A stretch of DNA of 64,000 bases from Macrostomum lignano (lineage: Eukaryota). Below the pieces are notes generated by a model, which did not search any database, had not been told where the DNA came from, and was given only the letters and a program-made list of their open reading frames with translations. The stretch spans positions 1,116,001-1,180,000 of the forward strand of contig NIVC01000059.1 of NCBI GenBank assembly GCA_002269645.1. The letters are read 5' to 3'. Positions 26,233-38,729 of this stretch are shown here, in pieces. The translations under genes were made by a program, and so were the position numbers. How positions within the stretch are numbered: position 1 is the first letter of the stretch; each line of letters starts with the position of its first letter.

Positions 26233-27093
26233 CAGAGGCGCACAACAGCTTAGAACATCCCAGCAGACGTATTAGGTAGCTTGCATGCTAACACAGTTCA
26301 CGCGACTCGAACACGAAGCCACGCTACCTACGTGCACTCTTATACTTTACTAATCTGACTGCAGCATAAGCGTCAGATTTCGCTTCAGAAAGGGCAAGTT
26401 AAATGCGGAGTTTGCCTGCGTGTTGAAGCCTGTAAATTAAAGAAATCTTTACCTAAGCGCAATTTCTACCTAATTCAGAATTGATGCGGTATTCATATTA
26501 TCGAACTTGAAGTCAGAGATTATTTAAAAAAGACGACAGGGTATTAGACACGTCATTGACGATTCTTTAGTGAGGCTGCCTATCGACATAGACGGAAAAA
26601 AGGCAAGCAAATTGATGAAACTGCACATAGCTTGTGAGCTTAGGTGTCTTGTTTGCTCAGTTTTTTGTCTTTAGCATTTTCTTCAACCGTTAAAAGTTTT
26701 TGCAACAATAAATTCGTCCTCAAGTTTTGGCTCCCGCTGAGGTTAATAGTTTCGTGCCACTGATAGTCTTGCCTTTTTCTCTTTCTCTTTTCCACGCGGT
26801 TTTAGTTTAGGTAAAAGAAACCTGTTGGAAAACTCAATCTACGCAAAGCTTTTGTTGATAAGTGACTGTTGTATGTACATGTAACATAGGCATAATGAAT
26901 TATCTCTTTCGTGTGCTTGTTTGGTGCCAAATCAGAGTGCACTTACTTTCCTGCACCACAGGCCAGCATTTCTAGCACTGGGTCTTAAAGAGTTTTTTTA
27001 TGTTTATCTCTAGTCAGTCCAGTTCAGTTGACTTTTGAGAGTTCGTACAAAAAATTACAGATACGAAAACCTGCATCAGTTTGGCGCTAAGAG

Positions 27094-29247
27094 ATGGGCC
27101 TAATTAAGAAAGCGATTGTTGGCGCAGTGATCTCCATCGCGGTGTACCAGGTGCTGCATCATGTCCTGTACGATGCTTACGCCATGTGGCGGTACGCGCC
27201 GAACCGAGAGAACACGTCTGGCAAACGGGTTTTGATCACCGGTTCGAGTAAAGGAGTTGGCAGGGCACTGGCCCAGTTATACTGTGAGCTCGGAGCTCAT
27301 GTGATAGTGCACAGCAGAAGTTTGAAATCGCTGGAGGAGGTGAGCTTCAGCGAAGAACTGTTTCCGTTTTAGATGCATAAGATTTACAGGTGTAAGTTGG
27401 CCATTTTGACTTTCTTATCGTCAGACATGTACACTCTTTGCGTCTTGTGGGTCGGCCCTCATGGGTTGCAAATCAAACGACGTCAAATTTTTTCCTGCAA
27501 AAGCATTAAACGCACCACTAACAGATTCCAACAGATTACCGCTAGCAGAAGGACGCAAGGACTGAATACTCCCTATTTTTAATGCAATTTTCTAAAATCC
27601 TCTTACTTGCTGAGCTTTTAGATACCAAAACACATACGAGCGTACAAAGCCAGATATGATCAATTTTCTTACACACTATCTAATCCACGATCAAAATCCT
27701 AAACTAACAATCAACAGGTGCAAGCCGAATGTCGTAAGCTGGGCGCCGCAAGCGTCTACGCCGTCACCGGGGACATGTCGGTGGTCGGTCAAGCTGACGA
27801 AGTGGTCAACTGGGCCGCTAAAGCCATGGGCGGTCTTGACATCGTAATCGTCAACCACGTCAGCACGTACGTCTTCGAGACGCTTCACTCGGTGGTGTCG
27901 CGCCTACGGTCGGGTGAACTGCAGAAATCTATGCAGGTGGATTTGTTCAGCTACGCTGAGACTGCTCTAGCTGCCATCCCTATCTTGGAGAGGACATCCG
28001 GCAGCCTTGTGCTGGTGTCAAGCGTGGCTGGCAGAATGCCTGTGCCCTACTTTTTCCAGTACGCGTCGGCGAAGGCTTCGCTGGAAGGCTTCTCCAAAAG
28101 TCTGAGACAAGAGCTGGCCATCAACGGGTCCAATGTGCACTGCGGTGTCGCCATCCTCGGAGCCATCGACACGCAGTCTGCTCACGATCTGCTGCCGTGA
28201 GTCACTTCGCGGCAGGAGGAACAGTTTCCACTGCGAAATTTATAGTCAGGTCACAAAGTGCACTTTGTACTCTATAAATGTAGAGACGTCTCTGCAATCA
28301 TGTGTTCGCTATTCACTTTCTTAACTTCTGAATTCGGGTCAATTATATCTTTATATCTTTATGTTGAAAGAGTCGATATTTCTGGGAAATAGTTGCGTGG
28401 GACCAGAGGGTGAGGGTGCACAGAGGGTGAGGGTGCACAGAGGGTGAGGGTGCACAGAGGGTGAGAGGGCACAGAGGGTGAGGGTGCACAGAGGGTGAGG
28501 GTGCACAGAGGGTGAGGGGGCACAGAGGGTGAGGGTGCACAGAGGGTGAGGGTGCACAGAGGGTGAGGGGGCACAGAGGGTGAGGGTGCACAGAGGGTGA
28601 GGGGGCACAGAGGGTGAGGGGGCACAGAGGGTGAGAGGGCACAGAGGGTGAGGGTGCACAGAGGGTGAGGGGGCACAGAGGGTGAGGGGGCACAGAGGGT
28701 GAGGGGGCACAGAGGGTGAGGGTGCACAGAGGGTGAGGGGGCACAGAGGGTGAGGGTGCACAGAGGGTGAGAGGGCACAGAGGGTGAGGGTGCACAGAGG
28801 GTGAGAGGGCACAGAGGGTGAGGGTGCACAGAGGGTGAGGGGGCACAGAGGGTGAGGTCGCAGAGGGTCTTCCACAAACCCAACTGTACTTGTCGTGTTC
28901 ACCAGTAGACCATATTTTGTGGCCATCTGGCGTACGATATACTTATACTAGTTAATGAGATGATCACAAGGTAACTAACTGTTTAATGGCGAATAAGTCT
29001 TTTTGTAAGAACTACAATAGCTGTCACAGTATTATAATATATATCTCTGCTTTTCTACAGAAAAGTTTTCTCTGGCCCGATCGAGTACGCGCCCGTCAGA
29101 CAGACTGCCGTCAGCATCGCCACCGTAGCGGCTGGTCGCATCAATCAGCTGGTCACTCCGCCGGCACTGAAGGCCGCCCTGCTGTTGGCGAGCTTGATGC
29201 CAGAGAAGACCGAAGAGCAGATCTGGCAGGGTGCCAAGCGTCTCTGA
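27094..29247 (+). CDS. Classical short-chain dehydrogenase/reductase, 11-beta-HSD1/HSD11B1L-like; 3 exons, 303 aa
   Basis: Exons 27094..27339, 27718..28196 and 29061..29247 (phases 0, 2). N-terminal hydrophobic anchor, TGSSKGVG, VIVNH, VSSVAG and catalytic YASAK. Confidence 0.9.
28405..28860. repeat. 17-bp G-rich minisatellite (CAGAGGGTGAGGGTGCA) in SDR intron 2
   Basis: About 27 units, two GGG runs per unit. Confidence 0.95.
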
Positions 29248-30940
29248 GCAATCAGTCCTGATACGCTCGTACATGAGATTAAAAGCGTTTATTGATTTTA
29301 GAAACTATGAAAGAAACTTGTTTTGCTATTACAATACCTTCCAATTTTTAATAAATCTGTCACAAAAGTACACTGAATGGCTGCTCTCTAGCTTCTCATT
29401 TCAAACCAACATATAGGTGAAGATACTGAGGAGCAAACAGTCCGGGAACTTTGCGACACTCGTTTTATTTATTTTTCACAGCGAGTATTTCTGTAAAAAA
29501 ACAAATTGAAAAAACCGGTATCAGAAGGGTACTTATAAAAAAGGTATTGAGCAGAGCTACTCACTAATTGAGCCTTTGATCAAGAATAGAAGGCAATGGA
29601 AAGTCAGACATGGAGATTCGAATAGGGATTTGAAGAGCTACAAGTGCGCTGGCAAGACACAAAAAATATGCACATGAACAGTGAAATGCTGCTGATTAGA
29701 TCTGTAGGTAGGTAGCCATGAGAATGAGGAATGTAGTGGATTATTAAAATTTAAGAGAAAGCCCTGAGCCCTGAGCCCGAATAGTCAGATACGTCACAGA
29801 TGGTAAAATAACTATAGGTATGTCACTCGCAATAAAATTTTTGAAAAAGACTAGTAGAGCATCTACTCTTTTTCAGTAGTTTATCTGCGCAGTGTCACTT
29901 AAATTTATTGTAGCTGTTAAAATTTTCCTTCCTACCTTGCTTGGGGTTTGCGGCCTCAGGAGAATGGTTAAGAATGGCAATAAGCGCGTTTAACTCGATG
30001 TACACAAATGAAAGCAAGGCATACAAGACAAGACGAAAGTCAGTCTAGGAGGGGCAGATATGCTATTTATAGCTCTGCTTGTAGAAAGGCGAAGACGAAT
30101 TTTTTCAGCTTCAATATTTTAATTTCACCATTATAGAGGCAAAAGCGCTATCTGTGTCTGTGGATTAGGCCTGTTGAGTAAACTGCTGAATAATTTTTCG
30201 GTATTATGCAGCAGGAAGTTCCTTGTAAAGTTTCATTTAGTACAGGATCTCTGAGAATTGCCTCTGGCATGCTGAGACAAACTGTGTGCACTTGTGACGT
30301 CTCACGAGATTCTCATACTGACACACAAGTCAGCTGTTAAACTTGTCTGCGATGCACTAACTGGTGTGAGTTGTAAAGTCCAAGCACCTCAATTCGGTTA
30401 AGCCAATAATAGTCTACCTGCTTAAGGTATGAACTTTTAGGCGGGTAAGAAAATTTTTTCATCTGACTGGAAAAAGCCAACCATCAATAGTCAAAGTGCT
30501 AAAATTTTAAGTCAAAACTTTCACACACGCTCCGTGTGGACACCACGCACCCAGTGCGTGATTCATGTACTAATTTTATGCATTTTTTAGTATTATCCAC
30601 TTGAACTTCTCAATTTCTCTCAAAAGATAATATTTAAAGAACGGTCTGACACACACTGGGGGGGTTGAGGGTCAATGATTCTTACAGCTATGCGCATGGC
30701 TAAAGTGGGTTAAAAACTAGGTGGACGCAAAACTTTTAGGCAAACAGGTACGTCCCCGAAAAAAAACAAATTAACAAAACTTGACGGTCTCTGAATCATT
30801 TTTAAAATTAGAATCGTTCCAATTTTCAGTTGCAATGATTTTTTTGATTAGGCATTTGATCAGAACTTTTATCAGAATAGATCAGTTAAACCAGGTCACA
30901 ATACAAGTCAATATTGACAAATCAACAGTTGAGCTTAAAA

Positions 30941-33900
30941 TCAGCTTTGAGCTACGGACTCTTCACCGATGAAGCCCGAGTTGCTCTGGCCGCCGCCGAT
31001 GACGACGTTTTGTCCATCGCTGCGCTTTGTGACGCTTCCGTTGTCCTCTTGGTCCCCTGCTTCCGGGTCGCTTCCGGAATTATCGACATTCGAGCCTTCC
31101 TCAGTCGCCGCTACGGGACTGGCGTCGTCCCCTGGCGTTCGCTTCTCATCCAGCGACATTGACTTCATCCCGATGTCGCCGGCTTCGGCGTCGACATTGC
31201 TGCTGACGTCACCGACGCGGTTGGATTGGCGCATCCAGCTCGGTCGGATGTGGTACGCGATTACGTTGCAGATCACCAGCAGAATTATCAGTGCGATCCA
31301 CTGCGAGACCGGATGTAGGAGTTTGGCTATTAAACATACACTGTACGGTAACAATATCAGCATCATTGGCACCACTGAAAATAACAAAAACACAACAACA
31401 ACAGGAACAAAAAATATGATGGTTCTTCATATTTCTGAAGGATCCGGGCGAAGTCCATAGTCACGTCACAGGCTCGAAAAATCACATCGTCGAAAACTGA
31501 TTTAGCAGCCACCATCACACGGCTCGAAAAGGGTTTGGGTTAGGGTTAGGGTTTGAACTTGTGCCTTTTGTAGCTTGCGACGGTGGTTTTTAAACTTTTC
31601 GACGATGTAATTTTTCGAGCTTGTGACTTTTTGAGCTTGTGATGGTGCCCCATAGAGCGACCCATGGAGGTCCTTCTCTGGGTCCCTATCTAGGGTCGAT
31701 AACAACAACAGTAAATAACAACAACAACAAAAACAACAGAACCGCAGAAGCAGCAATAGAATTATTATTAACAGTAAAACAGAAAAATAAAATTTTTCTG
31801 AAAAGAAACGACTTGCACTTTAAAACTCACCGTAACAAAGCAGGTCATCAGCGTTTCCAGTCCGAAGTCGTACCAGCGCGATCCCGGGTCATTGTCCGCT
31901 GTGGCGGATATCTCGTCATAAATCCACCAGATTAGCAGGGCGATCGCTTCGATTGGAGCAACGATGCTGAAAATTTTTTTAATCGATTTTTTAGCATCCC
32001 GGATTTCTATTGAAGATGATTTGTGTTTGCTTCGTTTACCAGATTTTCAGAGCCCCTTTTCACAGAATTTTAAACAATTCTGGGTACATAATTTCGTACG
32101 TACATAGTTTCGATAATATAGTTTTTACTACTAAATCTAAATAAGTTCTTCGCACATCACATGAAAATAATGGCATGATTTGAAGCCAAAACGTCGACCT
32201 CAAAAATTCTACTAAAGCAAAGCAAAAGTCTAGTCTTTGCTGTTAAAGTTGATTCAAGGAATAGAAACTCAACTTGTCTTGGTCGACATTCAAAAAATCG
32301 ATTCAGGTAATTCTGTTAAGCGTTAAGAGGCTTCCCATGCAGTAAAGGCCACGACTGTCATTCATAAACTCACAGAATAATCACCATGGTGACGTTTGTC
32401 AGCGGCCAGTCACCGATTCCGTACTTGTTAACCATGTCCTCTTTGAACGTATTCCAGCCTACTTTGAAGACCAGCGCTTGAAACATCAGGCCGGACGGAA
32501 GCAGAGCGAAGCCCCAGATGAAATCCTGTACGGTTTTTGGAGATGTTTAAATAAGTATGATAAAATGCATACTTTCCAGGCCAATTGAGCCTGGGAGCAA
32601 GAACTTTACTTGTAATTCTTACTGGGAGAATCAAGCCTAGTGGGGGGTCTACGAATATGAAGTAACCAATTCGAGAAATGCTTATATTATATAAATTTTA
32701 ACCTGATTGTCCAACACTTGAATGCTGAGTGCGGAGGGCAGCCCAATAGAGAACATGAGCAGTCCGCACACCGGGGTCGCCAGGCGTCTGGAAACTGCGA
32801 CAACGGTTGGCAGTGCAATCATCATCATTATCACCATCATTTTTCTTTTACATTTAGATCAGCATGTCTTCTCAATCATCTCTATAACATTTAACAGCAG
32901 TTGGTTTTCACTTACGCCCAAAGTTGCACAGCGTCTGTGATGTGTGTTCAACATCCGCAATGACTGTGCTGAGTCCGGCAAAGCACAGGCACAGAAAGAA
33001 CATGATGCACAATAATTTGCCAACGACCCCCAGGCTGCCGAACAGGATGGGAATCCACACGAAGGTGAGTCCGGTGGATGCTGGCCCAGTGGTTTTAATG
33101 ATCTCAACGATACCGGTGCGGGACAAGCTCGGGTTGCTGTTAACCAGGGTGGAGAACACTGTGCCGAATATTGTGATGGCGCAGATGAGGCTGCATTATG
33201 AGTTGTTGGGGATTTTAATATTAGTAAATGCTTGCTTCTGGATAAAATTTGGTCAGTGTTTTAGCAATATTAATTTAATTCTCCATGCGATACCTTGTCG
33301 GCTTACCTGACAAGATTGTTAATAAGAGGAATCATTGTGGCAAATTTCACAACGCCATTTTTGGCGCTCATGTACGTGGCGTACGGGACAATCAGACCCA
33401 TGGCAGCGCCCGTGTCGAAAGCATTCTGCGTTAGCGCGTCCACCCACAGTTTTGCGTTTGACAACGATTCTGTAGTGGTGTTGGAAGAAATCTCTGGTAC
33501 TTTTAAAATTGCATACATAGAGGCCCAGCAAGGTTTGCAGAATGCAGCGAGTGACGCGAGTGAAATCTTTCCAACATAAACTTCTCTGCTGTCTTCTCAC
33601 GGAACACCCGCTTGAAATTTAATCAGCGAAAACGCGTACCCCAGGGGATCATGGGGGCCGCCCTCCCACGCGAATAGGCTGGCATATATTATGGCAGGGG
33701 CACGTTTGGCCCCACTGCTATCAATTTAAGCAGATCCCCAGCAACTACTTTAGTGCCCCTTGGTGCTGGCACATCTTGGTGCTAGCGCCCCTTGGTGCTA
33801 AAGCCCCTTGGTGCTAAAGCCCCTTGGTGCTGGCGCCCCTTGGTGCTAAAGCCCCTTGGTGCTAAAGCCCCTTGGTGCTAAAGCCCCTTGGTGCTAAAGC

Positions 33901-35889
33901 CCCTTGGTGCTAAAGCCCCTTGGTGCTAAAGCCCCTTGGTGCTAAAGCCCCTTGGTGCTAAAGCCCCTTGGTGCTAAAGCCCCTTGGTGCTAAAGCCCCT
34001 TGGTGCTAAAGCCCCTTGGTGCTGGCACATCTTGGTGCTAGCGCCCCTTGGTGCTAGCGCCCCTTGGTGCTAAAGCCCCTTGGTGCTAAAGCCCCTTGGT
34101 GCTAAAGCCCCTTGGTGCTAAAGCCCCTTGGTGCTAAAGCCCCTTGGTGCTAAAGCCCCTTGGTGCTAAAGCCCCTTGGTGCTAATGCTAAAGCCCCTTG
34201 GTGCTCAAGCCCCATAGTGCTAAAACCCCTTGGTGCAAAACACAACAGATAAAAAACTGTCTCTGCAATTACATGTACGTTTCTGAATTCTGAGTCAATG
34301 TTATCATTTGCATTCCAGTATTATGAACTTACCTACATCCGGGGTGAACAGAAACCGGATGCCGTAGTCGCCAAACGGCTGCAGCACCGACCAGGTGTAC
34401 GTCACCACAATGATCACTAGCAGGGTGGGCACCAGCACCAAGTTCACCTTCTCGATCCACGTGATGCCGCCAATGACGCAGGCCCCAGCCAAAAAGATTG
34501 CTAAGCCATGGAACAGCGCTGGCCAGGCTGAGTTCTGGTAGGCAACGAAATCGATTTTGATTTTGAGTACGAGTAGCATAAGTCGTATTAAGAACTGTCT
34601 GAACTCTGTGTCCACACGCCTATCTGCCTCACCGTGAGATTATCGAAAATCAATGCGCTCTCCTCTTCAGTCTGCGGTAGTTCGCTTACAATGCAGAGGC
34701 GGATCATCTCGTACAGGTAGTACAAGCACCAACCTAGGATGACAGCGTAATAGCAGCTGCAGTGTTGAAGAGTTGGGGCTATCGATCGTTAGTTACGTTT
34801 TGTTACATATTGCTACGTTACATATTGCTACAGGTAAATGAATATGAATGAATTGCCAATCTAGCCTACATCAATGGATGAAGGAACAGAATGGATTGCT
34901 AATCTAGCCAGCTTCATGGATGAAGGAATAGAATGGATTGCTAATCTAGCTAAAAACGTCAATGGATGAAGGAATAGAATGGATTGCTAATCTAGCTAAA
35001 AACGTCAATGGATGAAGGAATAGAATGGATTGCTAATCTAGCTAAAAACGTCAATGGATGAAGGAATAGAATGGATTGCTAATCTAGCTAAAAACGTCAA
35101 TGGATGAAGGAATAGAATGGATTGCTAATCTAGCTAAAAACGTCAATGGATGAAGGAATAGAATGGATTGCTAATCTAGCTAAAACGTCAATGGATGAAG
35201 GAATAGAATGGATTGCTAATCTAGCCAAAGATCATCGATGAAGGAATAGAATGGATTGCTAATCTAGCCAAAATCATGGATGAGGAAATAAAATGGATTG
35301 CTAATCTAGCCAAAATCATGGATGAAAGAATAGAATGGATTGCTAATCTAGCCAAAATCATGGATGAAAGAATAGAATGGATTGCTAATCTAGCCAAAAT
35401 CATGGATAAAAGAATAGAATGGATTGCTAATCTAGCCATCGACATCGTGGATTTAAAATCGATTCTTATTGTTGTTGTAGGCCTATGGAAGTAATTATTA
35501 ACTTAGTAAGCTAATAAATTACTGGTAATGCAATAGGTTGCCAGCTTTTCAAATGATATAATGCCCATATAAACTTGCCTGATGAAGAAGGTAACTGACG
35601 ACACCCAGCCTCCGCACCAAATGAATTTGTCGCCCATGGCCCGTTGAAAACTTTGAATTGGAGTTTTTTTATAATACCGACCGATGACGTACTCAATGAG
35701 CAGCATTGGACTGGACCAGATGAAGAGAAACAGCATCCAGGTAATCAAGAAGATCAGCGTCCCTTGGCTAGCGCTGTTCTGGGCTGCTATTCTCGGAAAT
35801 CGCCACACATTGCCTGTGCCAACCACCGTGCCCATGCACGAGAACACGATACCAAGAGTGGAGCTGAATTCCTTCTTCTCTTCGGACAT
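30941..35889 (-). CDS. SLC6/NSS sodium-dependent transporter, prokaryote-like type; 9 coding exons, 604 aa
   Basis: Exons 35889..35579, 34756..34633, 34534..34333, 33469..33307, 33190..32916, 32794..32703, 32525..32374, 31966..31831 and 31300..30941; all phases are compatible (1815 nt). Motifs GTVVGTGNVWRFP, SCYYAVILGW, LWVDALTQNAFDTG, GPASTGLTFVWIP and FAGLST. Confidence 0.93.
31465..31627. repeat. 32-bp inverted repeat pair enclosing a telomere-like (TTAGGG) tract; possible small MITE in SLC6 intron 8
   Basis: 31465..31496 pairs with 31596..31627 (2 mismatches). AGGGTTTGGGTTAGGGTTAGGGTTTG lies at 31530..31555. Confidence 0.65.
33755..34236. repeat. Second locus of the 16-bp TTGGTGCTAAAGCCCC minisatellite, in SLC6 intron 3
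   Basis: About 30 units, the same unit and orientation as at 24971..26116. Confidence 0.95.
34848..35436. repeat. 42/43-bp minisatellite (ATGGATGAAGGAATAGAATGGATTGCTAATCTAGCCAACATC), locus 1, in SLC6 coding intron 1
   Basis: About 14 units. The same family occurs in the opposite orientation at 50399..51760 and 60313..61149. Confidence 0.95.
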
Positions 35890-35945
35890 TTTGAAGGCGT
35901 CCTGCGGTTACAGGCGGCATCTTATGGTGCTGTATAGTCATAGAT

Positions 35946-36165
35946 AGTGTTCTATGGTCACTAATGGTGTTCTATGGTCACTAATGGTGTTCTATGGCCA
36001 CTAATGGTGTTCTATGGTCACTAATGGTGTTCTATGGTCACTAATGGTGTTCTATGGTCACTAATGGTGTTCTATGGTTACTAATGGTGTTCTATGGTCA
36101 CTAATGGTGTTCTATGGTCACTAATGGTGTTCTATGGTCACTAATGGTGTTCTATGGTCAGTGAT
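35946..36165. repeat. 20-bp minisatellite (GTGTTCTATGGTCACTAATG) in the putative SLC6 5'-UTR intron
   Basis: About 11 units, decaying toward 36260. Confidence 0.92.
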
Positions 36166-36294
36166 AATGTTCTACGGTCAGTGACAATGTTCTATAATTA
36201 AGTGATAGTGTTCTATGGTCATAGATAAAATTCTATGATCACAGATAGTGTTCCATGATCTTAGATGTCCCAGTAAAAAGGCCTATTAACTTAC

Positions 36295-36376
36295 CTGGCA
36301 GCAGTTCAAATATAGCTGGTGTGTCAGAAGAGTGTCTCGGTCAAGCTGCGCTCAGCTCTTCACTGTCCCTTTATAT
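36295..36376 (-). promoter_or_regulatory. Putative TATA box and non-coding first exon of the SLC6 gene
   Basis: Minus-strand TATAAAG at about 36375..36369, donor CAG|GTAAGT at 36295/36294, and acceptor at 35902, 12 nt upstream of the ATG. Confidence 0.55.
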
Positions 36377-37868
36377 GTAAATATCTTGCTGACCCGATCC
36401 AACGATAAGATCGAACAGTCAAATCTCTTTCTTTTTTTGAGCGTAGCCATTAGCTCGTACTGAATATTTTACTTCGTACGAATAATTTCGCACTCCGCTC
36501 TAAAATGCGAAAATGCTTCTGTCGGTGGCTGTGGACCAGATAAGCTCGAGAAAGCATGTTGCCTTGAATTTTTGCTTAACTTGCTATGCAAAATTATTTT
36601 GTTTATTCGCTGTTTGGATCTCCTTGACAACGAAATGATCTTTTTGTCTTCTGCGCAAGTCCGTGTCTCCAGCTCTGAATCTTGAATCAAAAAACCGAGT
36701 GAACTTTAAAAATAGATAACACAAACGCTTTTTTGCCACATGCTTTTAATGTGGAGTAATTAAAATTTTGGAGCAAATTAACGAATATATGCTATTGAAC
36801 TAAAATTACTTCGGCAGTTAACATTCTATTAGCCCTACTTGAAGTAGCAAGGTCTGTCGAATTAAAATACGGTCCTCTCAAATATATTGTGACAATAAAG
36901 AAGCAAAGTTCCACTTTTTGCTAGGTGTACAGCGCATTTATCTCTTTATTTTAGAAGCATAGGAGGCTTGCAAAGTTCCTAGTACAATGCCTAGCTGTGT
37001 ACAGTGCGCGCTATGTTTTGAGACTGTCCATGCTGTACGCTCACTTATTCAACGCTTCGACATCATTACTCAAGGCTACTACGAGGCAAATTAGGCAAAT
37101 ATAGGCAAACTTGGGCCGCAGATTTCCTGCAGAGAACGTTTTGGCCGTAATATGACTTATTGCAGTTTCTGTATAAATTGTGGTCTGGCACTCTATTATT
37201 GCTTCGTCACTATCTCTATAAACCTCTATGGTGGGACATAAGTAACTATATAACTCGGAGCTAAAACATTTTTATATACGAATCAATATAAATAACGTAT
37301 ATATGTATAACGACATACGATGCAGCTGTAATTTAGAATGCATTTCATTACTTTTGTAATGATCGAATTGAAGTTATTTTTAAAGACATTTGTGGTAAGC
37401 AGCCCATTTTCTCTCAAGTTTTTTTTCAATTTAACTGGATTTTGCGTGATGCAGCCCAGAGGGCGCGATAAAATGCATGTAGCCGCTCCCCAACTTGGAC
37501 CAGGCAAGGCGCAGAATAATTCCTGACAAGAAATTGACGGATGAGGGGTGAGACACAAAAGAAAATTGCTTCCCAGAGTGGGGATATACTGACTGACTGT
37601 ATCCTGACAGTGCCAGGGCTTGCTTTGGCTGATCAGCAATGGCCTAAGCTCCCTAATTCCTTGTTAATTTGCGGCTTCCAAAATAGACGACCGGAATCCC
37701 GCTTCCGACCTCCGCTTGAGTCTACTAAGCCTTGGCTTTCTGTGTGTTAACTTGCCGATTTCTTTCCCAGCCACCAAGGACCATGGCATGGGCTAATCCC
37801 CAAGCTGTAAACACCCGATTGGAAACTGGAAGGCTTGTTGGCGTCCAATTCCGGAACTTGGGCTCAAC

Positions 37869-37875
37869 TATAAAA
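37869..37875 (+). promoter_or_regulatory. TATA box of the prepropeptide gene
   Basis: TATAAAA, 118 nt upstream of ATG 37987. AATAAA at 38829..38834 closes the unit. Confidence 0.6.
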
Positions 37876-37986
37876 TGGAGGCAGCTTCTGCAGTCTGAGT
37901 CGATCCAGTAGGATAACTCAAACTCGCAACGGAAGGAGTCGAGAACCAGGAAGAGAAAATAGAAGAATTTTTCAGCGACACTGAGA

Positions 37987-38729
37987 ATGCGTTTCGCTTG
38001 GACTCTGCTTCTGCTTGGCCTGCTGGCGTGCTGGGCTAACTGCGGTTCTGTTGAAGCTGGCTCTCGTGAGTGCCTCCGTTAGTCGCGTTGCAGTCACTTT
38101 TTTTAGTTCATTTTTTAAAGACTCCTCCAATCATTGAATGTATAATTTTCCTGCAATTTCAGATCCTGATTGGGACGAAATGGCTGAAGGGTAAAAGCTG
38201 TTTTGAGAATGGATTTGTTAATAAATAGGCGTACTCGACCAATGGAACCTGTGAAATTAAAGGATAATATATTCTATTCTGAGGTGTCTTTGTGGGCGCA
38301 TGCAATCTGTAGATAACATCCGTTGTGCTAGTTTACATAAATTCTTTCTTTCTCGATGCATCGTTGTGTCAGCCCTAATAATAACACATGCAATAATAAT
38401 GCTCGCAGTAGGATTGTGCTCATTCCGGAGCACATGGCCGATTCATGTAAACCTTAGGAATAACGCACTGCCTGTGACGTATTGTACCTACGAAATGTCC
38501 AAGCCTCACAGCCATAATTGGCACAATTTCCTCCGAAAAAAACCGTTCCAGCCCGGAAGACGAGCCAGACGATGACGGCTGTCGCTGGGTGTGCCGGCCG
38601 CGCCACCTGAGCAAGCGCCCTTTCGGCGCGTTGTTCCGGCCCAGGCACCCGCCTCGCCCGGATTCGGATCGCAAGAAGCGTCCGTTTGGGCCGCTGTTTA
38701 GGCCTCACGGTCGCAGGCCGCGCGACTGA
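37987..38729 (+). CDS. Small secreted prepropeptide (neuropeptide-precursor architecture); 3 exons, 94 aa
   Basis: Exons 37987..38065 (donor GTGAGT, phase 1), 38163..38190 (28 nt, phase 2) and 38552..38729. Translation: MRFAWTLLLLGLLACWANCGSVEAGSHPDWDEMAEGPEDEPDDDGCRWVCRPRHLSKRPFGALFRPRHPPRPDSDRKKRPFGPLFRPHGRRPRD*. It has a signal peptide, an acidic spacer, KR/KKR sites, a repeated peptide and a G-RR site. Confidence 0.8.

Noticed and set aside
24942-26279. Repeat ORFs (LVLAPLGAGAPWCWRP; KEGAPA)
   Set aside because: Products of the 16-bp and 18-bp arrays.
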